A stretch of 64,000 bases of DNA from a virus (Duplodnaviria > Caudoviricetes), in IMG/VR virus record IMGVR_UViG_3300042924_005664, positions 1,290-65,289 of that record. One strand, written 5' to 3'. Each line of letters starts with the position of its first letter. The stretch's first letter is position 1. Below, piece after piece: positions 37,204-46,240 of the stretch. Under the pieces are notes generated by a model. The model was not told the DNA's origin, searched no databases, and was given only the letters and a program-made list of their open reading frames with translations. Made by a program: the position numbers and the translations under genes.

Positions 37204-37617
37204 ATGACAACTACTGACAAATCAAAAAGGCTACACAAGCAGGGTGACATTCGGGAAGACGGCAAAATATTTTTCAAATATAGTGCGCGTATGGACGGCG
37301 CTCTTACCGAGCATTGGGTAACGACAAAGTACTTTGAAGAATACAAAAAGTACGGCGAAAAATGGAGAAAACAAAACAAAGGACTCATCCTGAGATACGG
37401 AGAAATTCGGAAAGAAACAAATTCTAGGTTGAAGAAAGGGAGAATCAAACTAGAGATACCAGCCGAAAGATTACGTCCAGAAGACACAAGTAAGTTGGGA
37501 ATTAAACGTAGTCAAAAGAAGGCCGAGCTTCAGGCTTATCGACAACAATGTGAAGAAGCAGCCAAACAAAATCTATCGAAAGCGACGAGTAATTTGGCAC
37601 CAGAATGGAATCTGTAA
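37204..37617 (+). CDS. Basic protein with KQGDIREDGKIFFKY...EHW domain
   Basis: Motif; TTGCAA-N18-TATTGT promoter at 37168. Confidence 0.65.
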   Translation: MTTTDKSKRLHKQGDIREDGKIFFKYSARMDGALTEHWVTTKYFEEYKKYGEKWRKQNKGLILRYGEIRKETNSRLKKGRIKLEIPAERLRPEDTSKLGIKRSQKKAELQAYRQQCEEAAKQNLSKATSNLAPEWNL

Positions 37618-38755
37618 AGCTAAACGTGTAAATAAATACATGTTACATTGATTCAACGCGTCAGGGCTTCAGTGCTTCAAAGTAACATCAATTAGCTCGC
37701 TTTGTTAAGTGGGAGTGGGGAAGAAAAATACGGGGGAAATGAAGTCCACTACAGCTAAGTGACTAATAGACAGGAAATTACAAACAAAAAAGTGGAGAAG
37801 TGTAGAAGTGCGTAAAAAAAAAACCTCGGCGGCGGCGGCGGCGGCGGCGGCGGCGGGGCCTATATCTATATATTTTCCCTACAATAATTTATATTATTAC
37901 TCCACTTCTCCACTTCCACTGGCCTTTGGCCCTGTGTCTATGCGGCTGCGCGGCGGAGTGGAGATGAAAAAATCAAGTCCACTTTACCCCACTTGTCTCT
38001 GTACAACCCCACTTCGGGTTCTCGTAACTTCTGCAGCGGTCTCCTTTGTACCAGTGTATCGGGTTTCATTGCTTCAGGGTTACAGAGTAAACCTCATGGC
38101 TCGTCTCTGTTCAGGCGTCTCGATCATGCGCTGGGTGCTTTCTCTGATCGCGTCGCTCTCTTATGCGGCCCTTTGCCGCGTCGCTAAGGCACCCTGCGCT
38201 CGTTTTCAGTGTCGCCCTGCTGCATTGTCGCGAACCAACTTGGAAAACTCGATAGCGGGGCTTTAAACGCTTTCGGTAATCGGCGGCTCAATATTAAATT
38301 AGTTATATGCTGCATTGCTGCAGTGAATCGGTGACGCATTGTTTCGGCTCCTAACACCATGTTAATGTTTTAACGATATTATGGGTAGTGATCCAAGCGC
38401 TTCGATTACTCTGTCCGAACCTGATAATCGTCCATAACATCAGATAACCTTTGTCATGGATACTTCTCGCGTATTCGTATCACTATCTCACTACTTACTA
38501 CCTAAGTGCATCATACACACAGGGTTACCTATGTTACTCAACCATGCCATCGACGGCTCGGCGGGCGGGCTGGGCGATCGATCGGGCTGGGGGTGGGGGG
38601 AGGAGGAGGAGGGGGGGTAGGGGTAGGGGGAGGAGGGACGCGTCCCGCCAGCGGCGCGGCCCCCTCAAATAGGGGGGTGGCGAAATTTTTAGAAATAATT
38701 TTTTTAGATTGCCTTGTCCTACCTATTCGACATAGGGTCTCCAACTGCTACACCC
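37618..38755. other. Largest non-coding region; candidate genome end/pac site and/or origin
   Basis: No credible ORF, repeats and skewed tracts, directly upstream of terminase. Confidence 0.55.
37828..37854 (+). repeat. (GGC)9 microsatellite
   Basis: Direct read. Confidence 0.95.
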
Positions 38756-39316
38756 ATGCCAGTCTTAGAAAACCTCACACACGAACGATTCTGTTCCCTC
38801 ATCGCCGAGACGGGCGATACGGCGGCGGTTGCATACGGAAAGGTGAATCCTACCGCCAAGGCTCCCAAGGTCTACGCGAGCAGCCTGATGAAGCGGACAG
38901 ATATCATTTCGCGCATCGCCGAGATCCGTACGGAGGTCGCCACCCGTAGCGTCGCCGTCATTGGACGAAAGCGTGAGATCCTACGTCTCATGATCGAGGG
39001 TGCGGTGCCCACCAAGGTTGTCAACCGAGCCAACGGCGTGGAGGAGACCTACGACAAGCTAGCGGCCATAGCGCTGGACGCAAAACTCGCCGGGGAACTC
39101 TCGGACAACATTAACCTCACGGCGAGCAGCGACCTGAAACTAAACTTCACGGTTCGCGACCGCGATAGCAAAACCCTAGATGGATCAGGCGTCATGGACG
39201 CCGTACTCATTCCCGACGCAAACGACGAACCGCTAGCGCTTCCCGAGCCAGAGCCCGACGTCGAATTTGCCCACCTCGTAGATGACGACCAAACCTCCCC
39301 AGACACCAGCGCGTAA
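38756..39316 (+). CDS. terS: Terminase small subunit
   Basis: LENLTHERFC...AAVAY...ASSLMK..DIISRIAEIR HTH pattern; precedes TerL. Confidence 0.8.
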   Translation: MPVLENLTHERFCSLIAETGDTAAVAYGKVNPTAKAPKVYASSLMKRTDIISRIAEIRTEVATRSVAVIGRKREILRLMIEGAVPTKVVNRANGVEETYDKLAAIALDAKLAGELSDNINLTASSDLKLNFTVRDRDSKTLDGSGVMDAVLIPDANDEPLALPEPEPDVEFAHLVDDDQTSPDTSA

Positions 39317-41168
39317 CGTAAGCCACGCCCTGAAGCTCGCTGAGGAGATCCGCAAGCAGGTCGATAGGGACGAGGAGAGGGGCATTCTTTACGGCGCTAG
39401 CCACATCCTGCGACACGCTACGGCCAACGCCAACAACGTCGTTCTCGACGTCCCCAAGGCCAAGGCGATTGTACTGCAATTTGTACAACACCTGCTCGAT
39501 AAGAATCAGTTCGAGGCTGCGGCTACGATCCTATGGGGGTCTGAGGTGTACGACTGGAGACCAGAGTCGGCACGAGACACATGGCGCTGCCTGTTCAAGT
39601 ACGACAAGCTACTCATTCAGGGTGCGGGAGCCATGGGCAAGTCGTTCAACGGAGCCGCGTGGTTCTACCTCGATTGGCTGAGGGATCCCTTTTATACCTG
39701 TATCAAGGTCATCAGTCTTACCCGCGAGCACGCGGAGCGAAACATCTACGCGCACATCAAAAATTTTCACAGGTCGGCGCTAGTCAAGCCCGAGTTCCCG
39801 AAGGGCGAGGCGCTGGTCACATCGATTCAGGCCAACGAGGATTCCAAGCAGGGCATTCACCTAGTCGCAATTCCTCGCGGAGACAGCGGAGCGGGAACGC
39901 TGCGCGGGTTCCACCCAGCACCGCGATTCGGAAAGGCGCACCCAAAGTACGGGCGGCTGTCTCGGATCAGGGTTGTCTTGGATGAGGCGGAGGAGATCCC
40001 GGGCGGCGTCTGGGAAGGCGTAAACAACATCGCCTCCTCCATGGACGACGAGCACTTCGCTGGGCATATCAAAATTCTCGGTGCGTCAAACCCCAAGGAT
40101 CGCACCAGCGACTTCGGCGCACGCTGCGAGCCCAAGAACGGGTGGGCTAGCGTTGACTGCGAGGACGACTTCGAGTGGACAAGTCGCGACGGCTTCAGGG
40201 TACTTCGCGTCGATGCATCAAAGTGCGAGAACGTCATCGAGAAGAAGATCGTCTACGCGGGATTGCAGACGTACGACGGCTACATGAACTACGCGAATCG
40301 TGGTCACACGGCGGAATACTTCACGATGGCACGTGGCTGGTTCCCCGAGGAGGGCATAGCCATGGCCGTCATGACCCCATCGATGCTCGACAATGCCCTA
40401 GGAACCGTCCGATTCATCGGCCCAGTAGTTCCCCTCGCAGCGTTCGATCTAGCGCTTGAGGGCAACGATAGCGTCGTCTGCAGCTACGGACGCTTCGGGC
40501 TATCCGATGGCTATACGCCGCAGTCTGGGAAGTTTGTCCCCTACGAGAGTCCTAGAACCGTCCTGCAGCTCGATTCTCAAATCACCTTCCCCAAACGCGC
40601 CACGCTCGAACAGACGACCGCGATCATCAAGTTCTGCCAGCAGATGAAGATCAGTCCCAACTGGCTGTGCGTCGATAGAACTGGCAATGGGTCGGGAATT
40701 CACGACGGGCTCTGCACGCTCTTCGGGGAGGAGGTGATGGGCGTGAACTACTCGTGGGCGGCTACTGACTCGCGCATCCTTGGAGATGACTCGCAGCTAG
40801 CGAACGAGCTGTATAGCGGAGTCGTCACCGAGCTGCTCTTCGGACTCGCGAAGTACATCGAGTTCGGGTATCTGAAGATTTCGCCCGGGTTCCGAACCGA
40901 GGATCTCATTCGTCAGGCCACGGGGAGGAGGTACAAGCAGAAGGGCAAGGGACTCGTGCGCGTGGAGGCCAAGGCGGAGTACGTCAAGCGCACGCGCAGC
41001 AAGTCACCAGACGCGCTCGACTCCCTCTCACTACTCGTGTACCTCATGCGTCAGCGCTCGGGCGTCGCAGCCGAGATGGTAACCGACAAACCCAAGGAAA
41101 AAAGAATTAGGGAGCGACGACTCGAAAGTTTGGTAGATGCCATGTCTTATGTTGACATGTCGGAATAA
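39282..41168 (+). CDS. terL: Terminase large subunit
   Basis: GAGAMGKS, VVLDEAEE, GASNP, AFDLA, VDRTGNG, KSPDALD. Confidence 0.92.
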   Translation: MTTKPPQTPARNVSHALKLAEEIRKQVDRDEERGILYGASHILRHATANANNVVLDVPKAKAIVLQFVQHLLDKNQFEAAATILWGSEVYDWRPESARDTWRCLFKYDKLLIQGAGAMGKSFNGAAWFYLDWLRDPFYTCIKVISLTREHAERNIYAHIKNFHRSALVKPEFPKGEALVTSIQANEDSKQGIHLVAIPRGDSGAGTLRGFHPAPRFGKAHPKYGRLSRIRVVLDEAEEIPGGVWEGVNNIASSMDDEHFAGHIKILGASNPKDRTSDFGARCEPKNGWASVDCEDDFEWTSRDGFRVLRVDASKCENVIEKKIVYAGLQTYDGYMNYANRGHTAEYFTMARGWFPEEGIAMAVMTPSMLDNALGTVRFIGPVVPLAAFDLALEGNDSVVCSYGRFGLSDGYTPQSGKFVPYESPRTVLQLDSQITFPKRATLEQTTAIIKFCQQMKISPNWLCVDRTGNGSGIHDGLCTLFGEEVMGVNYSWAATDSRILGDDSQLANELYSGVVTELLFGLAKYIEFGYLKISPGFRTEDLIRQATGRRYKQKGKGLVRVEAKAEYVKRTRSKSPDALDSLSLLVYLMRQRSGVAAEMVTDKPKEKRIRERRLESLVDAMSYVDMSE

Positions 41169-41352
41169 CAACAATACTTTTCAACGTAGTAAACCGATTG
41201 GGCCTCTGCACATGCACGCTATCTCTCAGTCGGTCTTCTTTTATCACATATTCGCCCCATTCCCTCTCCATGATTTAAAAGTTGTGTGAAGGCCAAGGCG
41301 CGGCTTCCCGACAAGCCACAATCCACTGACGAGTGGAAGTCGGTAAATTTAT

Positions 41353-41426
41353 CGCGCGGTAGTGAAGAAGCCTCACGTTGCTTTCATACGGCAAAAACTC
41401 TGGTGCAATTCCAGACCGCGCCACCA
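41353..41426 (+). tRNA. tRNA with CAT anticodon (Met/fMet-like, atypical)
   Basis: CGCGCGG/CCGCGCC acceptor with C1:C72 mismatch, GTGA/TCAC, TTGCT-TTCATAC-GGCAA, TCTGG-TGCAATT-CCAGA, encoded CCA. Confidence 0.75.
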
Positions 41427-41441
41427 AATAAAATTCAATTT

Positions 41442-41515
41442 TACCCTTTGGTGTAACGGTAGCACAGATCGCTTTGACCGATCTAGTCATGGTTCAAATC
41501 CATGAGGGGTAGCCA
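41442..41515 (+). tRNA. tRNA-Gln(TTG)
   Basis: TACCCTT/AGGGGTA acceptor, GATCG-CTTTGAC-CGATC, CATGG-TTCAAAT-CCATG, encoded CCA. Confidence 0.92.
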
Positions 41516-41563
41516 AAAATTTCCACTTGCCACGCAACACGCGTTGCATTACAAAAGCGTCTT

Positions 41564-41704
41564 ATGGGACTATATTCTAACATCCACGCAAAGAAGAAGC
41601 GCATCAAGGCTGGCAGCGGAGAACGCATGAGGAAGGCGGGATCTGCAGGAGCCCCTACGGCAAAAGCATTCAAGCAGTCCGCCAAGACCGCAAAGAAGCG
41701 ATAA
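41564..41704 (+). CDS. 46-aa basic phage protein
   Basis: MGLYSNIHAKKKRIKAGSGERMRKAGSAGAPTAKAFKQSAKTAKKR; promoter TTGCCA-N17-TACAAA at 41527. Confidence 0.85.
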   Translation: MGLYSNIHAKKKRIKAGSGERMRKAGSAGAPTAKAFKQSAKTAKKR

Positions 41705-42369
41705 TGGAAAAACAAGCGGGTGTATATGAGATTGAAATTGCTGGCTATAAATACTATGGCAGTAGCATCAATATCTACGCTCGCAAACGAAACCATATAG
41801 CAAAACTACGATCTGGAAAACATCGCAATCAACGACTGCAAAGATGTTTTGATAAATATGGAGAAGATGCAATAGCATTCAAGACACTTGTCCTTTGCGA
41901 TAAAGAATCTGTTCTCGATGAAGAGCAAAAATACTTGGACAAGAATATCGGTAAAGATAATTGTTTAAACTTTTGCAAAAGCGCATCTGCTCCAATGGCT
42001 GGAATTAAATTTTCAGATAACCATAAAAAGAAAATGTCAGACTCGCAGGTCAGAAATAAATACATTTTTTATTATGACTGCGGCAAAGTCGAATCGTTTG
42101 ATAGCTTGAAATTAGCTGGGAATAGATTCAATGTAAAAAGGGCGATTGTTTCAAAATGGTTTAAGAGAAAAGACCTTGGAAGAAAACACGGCATACTACG
42201 ATCCAGTAGGATTATAAAAGCTGAAAAAATTGGAGATGAAAATATTATCCTTCTACCTTGGCAATACAAACAAGAGCCGTGGATAGTAGCTGGAGCAACA
42301 AGCAAAAATAATTACTACAAAGAAAAAAGAAATGAAATCAAAACCCACAACAGGCAAAGCGTCAGTTAA
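41704..42369 (+). mobile_element. Free-standing GIY-YIG homing endonuclease gene
   Basis: GVYEI...YYGSS...R..H..L..GKH.N..LQ; NUMOD3-like FSDNHKKKMSDS; AT-rich. Confidence 0.85.
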
Positions 42370-42577
42370 AATAGTAAAAAATCCAGAGACTGGAAGAACC
42401 AACAAGGTTTCTTACGGACAAAAAGGAGCGAATGTTGATCCGGGATCAAAACGTGCAGACGCGTACTGCGCTCGCTCCAACAAGATCAAGGGAGACTGGC
42501 GAGACGATCCAAACTCTCCCAACAACCTGAGTCGCCGCAAGTGGAAGTGCATCGGCGGAAGAAGCAAGCGCGGATAG
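42332..42577 (+). CDS. Small basic phage protein (DUF6321-like)
   Basis: YGQKG...PGSKRADAYCARS...DPNSPNNLSRRKWKC. Confidence 0.8.
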   Translation: MKSKPTTGKASVKIVKNPETGRTNKVSYGQKGANVDPGSKRADAYCARSNKIKGDWRDDPNSPNNLSRRKWKCIGGRSKRG

Positions 42578-42625
42578 TTTTGATTGTTGTTTGACACCCC
42601 ATGCATCCCTTGATTATTTTAGTCG

Positions 42626-42713
42626 TCTAAACCCAGTACCGCGAAAGCCGTACAGGGGTTTAGGGGAAAAAACGCTCTCCTGCTTCCTATGAGGCAGGGG
42701 AGTTTCTTTTTTT
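42626..42713 (+). ncRNA. Candidate stand-alone small RNA
   Basis: TTGACA promoter at 42591, GAAA-capped hairpin, intrinsic terminator, no ORF. Confidence 0.55.
42675..42713 (+). terminator. Rho-independent terminator
   Basis: CTCTCCTGCTTC-ctat-GAGGCAGGGGAG then T tract. Confidence 0.8.
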
Positions 42714-42763
42714 AAAAGATAAATGCTTGCGTCGTAGTACAATGTTGAGTAATTTTCGCGCAG

Positions 42764-43345
42764 ATGGCAAAACCCATTAACGGAATGATCCCGCCCAACG
42801 GGTGGCATTACTTTCAAAGTGATGTCAAGCTGGTTGGAGATTCGCTCGATGATTTGTATAAAGTCGTCGAGAATTTTCGTGCCAACAACTCGTATCCAGC
42901 TGGAGACGTGAAGGGGGACGTGGATGGATACATCTGCGGAAACTATCCATCGTTCTGCCATGGCGTGGACGACGTCACGATCAACCTTGTAAGCAGACAA
43001 GCAGCGACACGCTCGGGAGAATTGCTGCAGGACGTTTCGACGTGGGCCAACAACATGCTCCGATCCAAGGAGCCCATCAAACTTGTTCAGGACGACGAAG
43101 CGGAGCGCCGTGCCAAGATCTGCAAAGCGTGCCCGCACAACGCTAGCTGGCGATCGGGATGCATTTCATGCATCGTCAGTGCTGACCGCATCAGTGCTTC
43201 AGTGCGTCAGGCGCGTGATACGGATACCTCCAAGAAGCTGGGCGGGTGCCACTTGCTCAGGCACGACAACAGGTCAGCTGTATTCTTTGAGAAAGAAAAT
43301 CTTGCAACGACTGGCGATTTGCCTACTAATTGCTGGCTAACGTAA
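42764..43345 (+). CDS. Cys-rich protein upstream of portal
   Basis: PPNGWHY, RRAKICKACPHN, CISC, LPTNCW; promoter TTGCGT-N17-TAATTT at 42727. Confidence 0.75.
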   Translation: MAKPINGMIPPNGWHYFQSDVKLVGDSLDDLYKVVENFRANNSYPAGDVKGDVDGYICGNYPSFCHGVDDVTINLVSRQAATRSGELLQDVSTWANNMLRSKEPIKLVQDDEAERRAKICKACPHNASWRSGCISCIVSADRISASVRQARDTDTSKKLGGCHLLRHDNRSAVFFEKENLATTGDLPTNCWLT

Positions 43346-43349
43346 GACT

Positions 43350-45734
43350 ATGGCATCTGACATCAAACCACTTCCTCCGCGCATTACCGACGTATTTGCA
43401 AACAAGTCGGCGCGTATCGACGACCAGTCGAAGCCCAGAATACTTGGTTTGGATGTGGTAAATGCTGACAACAGCACGTCCGATACGGTCAACCCCGAGA
43501 CGCTACAAGTACGTCGTACCTTTAGGGATTCACGTCAGGCGCACAGCGCTTACCGCAGGTTGAAGCAGCAGAATCTTGAGCGCAACCGCAAGAACCAGCT
43601 AATCCAAAAGAAGCTGAACCTCGAGCCACCCTACCAGAACAAGAAGTTGGAGAGCATGGGCCAGAGCTGGAGGAGCAATCGTCCTACTGGGTTCTTGTCC
43701 ACCATGGTCAGTAGGATCCAGCCCCCTTTCCGAGAGGTCATCGAGACGGCTCCGACGCTCACCTACAGCAAGTACCCGCTTGAATCGGTTGACTCTGAAA
43801 ACAAGACAAAGGTTTTCCGCGAAGAGATCACAAAGACGATCCGCGCATGGAAGGGACACGACGATATACTCGCTCAGACGACACACGAAAACACTTGCTT
43901 TGGATTTTGCGGTTGGGTATGGGATGACTTGCGCGATTGGAAACCTGAATTCCTAAGACAGGACTACACGTTTTTCTCGATCGAAACACCACAAGTAACT
44001 GATGCAACACCTATTTGGGCTCGTAAACGTCGCTATCAAATCTCCGAACTGCTTCCAGTGCTTGAGAAGCCTGAAATATCCGCGCTGGCGGGATGGCATA
44101 TCAACAACCTCGTCACGTCTATCAACAATGCGATTCCTGCTGGACGAACTTTGGACTCAAACGACGACGCTCGTCGATACGAAGATTGGATCCGCGAAGG
44201 ATCTTACGGCGCGGCTTACGAGAACGACGCGAAGTATGTTGAACTAGGCGAGATCTTCGTCAAGGAGCCTCACGGCAAAATCTCCAGATACTTGTTTGAC
44301 GACAAGAGCGGAGAGGAAATCTGTACGCAGGTCGATCGCTACAACAGCATGTCCGAGTGCTTGGCACTCTTCTCCGTTGAGATTGGAAGTGGAAACCTCA
44401 TGTCTAGCCGAGGAGCTGGACGCGATCTTTACAACACGCACGTGGCGATTGAGAAGGCGCGTAACCTTGTCATCGATAACGTCTATCTCAAGGGTCTTCT
44501 TCTCCTGAAAAAGGGGCCGAATGCACGTCCCGATACCGCGCCACTTTCTGTAGCACATCCTGTTGCGTATGTTTCCGATGGATATGAAGTTATCCCGCAG
44601 CAGATTCCTGCCGATGTGGATGACTTCTTGAGGCTTGACCAGTTTGTCAGCGGACTGGCTGAGATTCAAGTTGGGACGTTCCTCCCCGGAGCGGCTACCG
44701 AGTCTGGAGGTGGAAGAAAAACCGCGTCCGAGGTCAACCGAGTCGCCGCCATCGAGAACCAACTTCGTCAGGGAATTCTCATGCGCTGGTCTCGCCAGTA
44801 CTCCAAGGGCATCGAGCGCATGCAGCGTGGAATCTGCCACCCTGAACACGTAAAGGCCGCTGCAGATCTCTATGGAATGCTGCAGCAGGTGCGTATGGTA
44901 GACCCTTCGGCAATCTGGGCTCGCAAAGAGATTGTAGACGCCTTCAAGCGCTCAGAAATTGAGATGCCGAGATTCCTAGTTCCTTTTGAGATCGATCAGC
45001 ATCTGGATGAAGACGCCGTAGCGTGTTGCTTGGCGATGATGGATAGGAATCTCCCCCCATCCGACATCCTGCTTATGGCTTATAGTTCAGCGTCCGAGCT
45101 GCTTGTTGACGACACACTTCAGATCAATCAGATGATCGACTTGGTGGTTCAGCGCTACATCGGAAACCAGAACATCAATCAGGACGAGCTCATGAAACTC
45201 GACCTCGCTTCCAAGGTTGGAGCTGCAAAGGCGAATGCGCTTGTGCTTCCGAAGGATCACGTCGAAGCGGTCGGCATCGAGGCAACTCGCCAGCAGGTAA
45301 TCGAGCTTCAGTCCATCATGTCTGGTCAGGACATTGGAGTGTCTCCTCGTGACAATGACATCGTGCATCTTGAGACAATGACGCAGAGACTCATGCCGCT
45401 CATTGAGCAGGCTCCCGCTGGATCACTTTCACCTGAGATCATGGGGCCGCTGCAGGCCGCTGTTCAGCACTACGCGAACCACATCAAGCAGGCCGACGCC
45501 AAGGGCGTGCATGGTCAGATTACTGGGCCATTCAAGAAGGCGCTCAACGCTGCTGTCAATCATCTCAGCGCAGGCGCTATCAAGAACGTCCCTACGGACG
45601 TGGGGCCAGCCGCTGCGATGCCCGCTATGGGTCGCTCGCGTGGGCCAGCTCCCCTTGAAATTGGAACAGAAGCATCTCAGGCTGGAATCGTTGAAAGCAT
45701 AGCGACACCTCCAAAGCCACCAACTGCGGCATAA
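43350..45734 (+). CDS. Portal protein
   Basis: 794 aa between terminase and scaffold; KTASEV motif; DNDIVHLE C-terminal motif. Confidence 0.8.
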   Translation: MASDIKPLPPRITDVFANKSARIDDQSKPRILGLDVVNADNSTSDTVNPETLQVRRTFRDSRQAHSAYRRLKQQNLERNRKNQLIQKKLNLEPPYQNKKLESMGQSWRSNRPTGFLSTMVSRIQPPFREVIETAPTLTYSKYPLESVDSENKTKVFREEITKTIRAWKGHDDILAQTTHENTCFGFCGWVWDDLRDWKPEFLRQDYTFFSIETPQVTDATPIWARKRRYQISELLPVLEKPEISALAGWHINNLVTSINNAIPAGRTLDSNDDARRYEDWIREGSYGAAYENDAKYVELGEIFVKEPHGKISRYLFDDKSGEEICTQVDRYNSMSECLALFSVEIGSGNLMSSRGAGRDLYNTHVAIEKARNLVIDNVYLKGLLLLKKGPNARPDTAPLSVAHPVAYVSDGYEVIPQQIPADVDDFLRLDQFVSGLAEIQVGTFLPGAATESGGGRKTASEVNRVAAIENQLRQGILMRWSRQYSKGIERMQRGICHPEHVKAAADLYGMLQQVRMVDPSAIWARKEIVDAFKRSEIEMPRFLVPFEIDQHLDEDAVACCLAMMDRNLPPSDILLMAYSSASELLVDDTLQINQMIDLVVQRYIGNQNINQDELMKLDLASKVGAAKANALVLPKDHVEAVGIEATRQQVIELQSIMSGQDIGVSPRDNDIVHLETMTQRLMPLIEQAPAGSLSPEIMGPLQAAVQHYANHIKQADAKGVHGQITGPFKKALNAAVNHLSAGAIKNVPTDVGPAAAMPAMGRSRGPAPLEIGTEASQAGIVESIATPPKPPTAA

Positions 45735-45754
45735 CAACTAACCAAACTACGACC

Positions 45755-45988
45755 ATGGGCGGCGCAAATCCAACAGCAACAGAAAATTACAGAAAGTTTC
45801 AAAATCAACTTCCAGCTCAAAAAGTTGGGTATGGAGTTGGTGGTGAGATGTTGGCAAAACCAGCTTCTACTCCCGAAGCAAAAGCATCCGAAACTCCAAA
45901 CTTTTTTGGACGCGATGCTAGCAAGCCCCTGAGCGCCGACGAACAAGTTGAGATGGAACTTCGCAAGAGTGAGCTCGGTAAAAAATAA
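45755..45988 (+). CDS. Small hypothetical protein
   Basis: ORF packing after portal. Confidence 0.55.
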   Translation: MGGANPTATENYRKFQNQLPAQKVGYGVGGEMLAKPASTPEAKASETPNFFGRDASKPLSADEQVEMELRKSELGKK

Positions 45989-45991
45989 TTT

Positions 45992-46237
45992 ATGTGGACA
46001 CAAACAGACGCGGTTAATCTTAAAGAATATCTTGGTCACTCTAGGGCCAATCTGATTCATCACTTGAAGGAAATTGTACCCGCTTTTTCCGTTGAGATTG
46101 ATTCCAAGGTAGAGGGCATTGCCCTTCGTGGAGCCTACAAAGAAGGGTTCCTCCTAGCCATTCAGCGCATCGAAGAGATGTCTGTACCCACAAGCAAACA
46201 GGACGACGCTGCAACCAGCTCGTTCGTATCCATGTAA
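45992..46237 (+). CDS. Small helical post-portal protein
   Basis: 81 aa; position typical of podovirus head modules. Confidence 0.65.
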   Translation: MWTQTDAVNLKEYLGHSRANLIHHLKEIVPAFSVEIDSKVEGIALRGAYKEGFLLAIQRIEEMSVPTSKQDDAATSSFVSM

Positions 46238-46240
46238 TTT

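Noticed and set aside
37808-38949. ORFs 37808..38266, 38451..38672 and 38506..38949
   Set aside because: They arise from microsatellite and G tracts; atypical composition
41326-41333. Hammerhead core CTGACGAG
   Set aside because: No stem II followed by GAAA, and no cleavage triplet geometry
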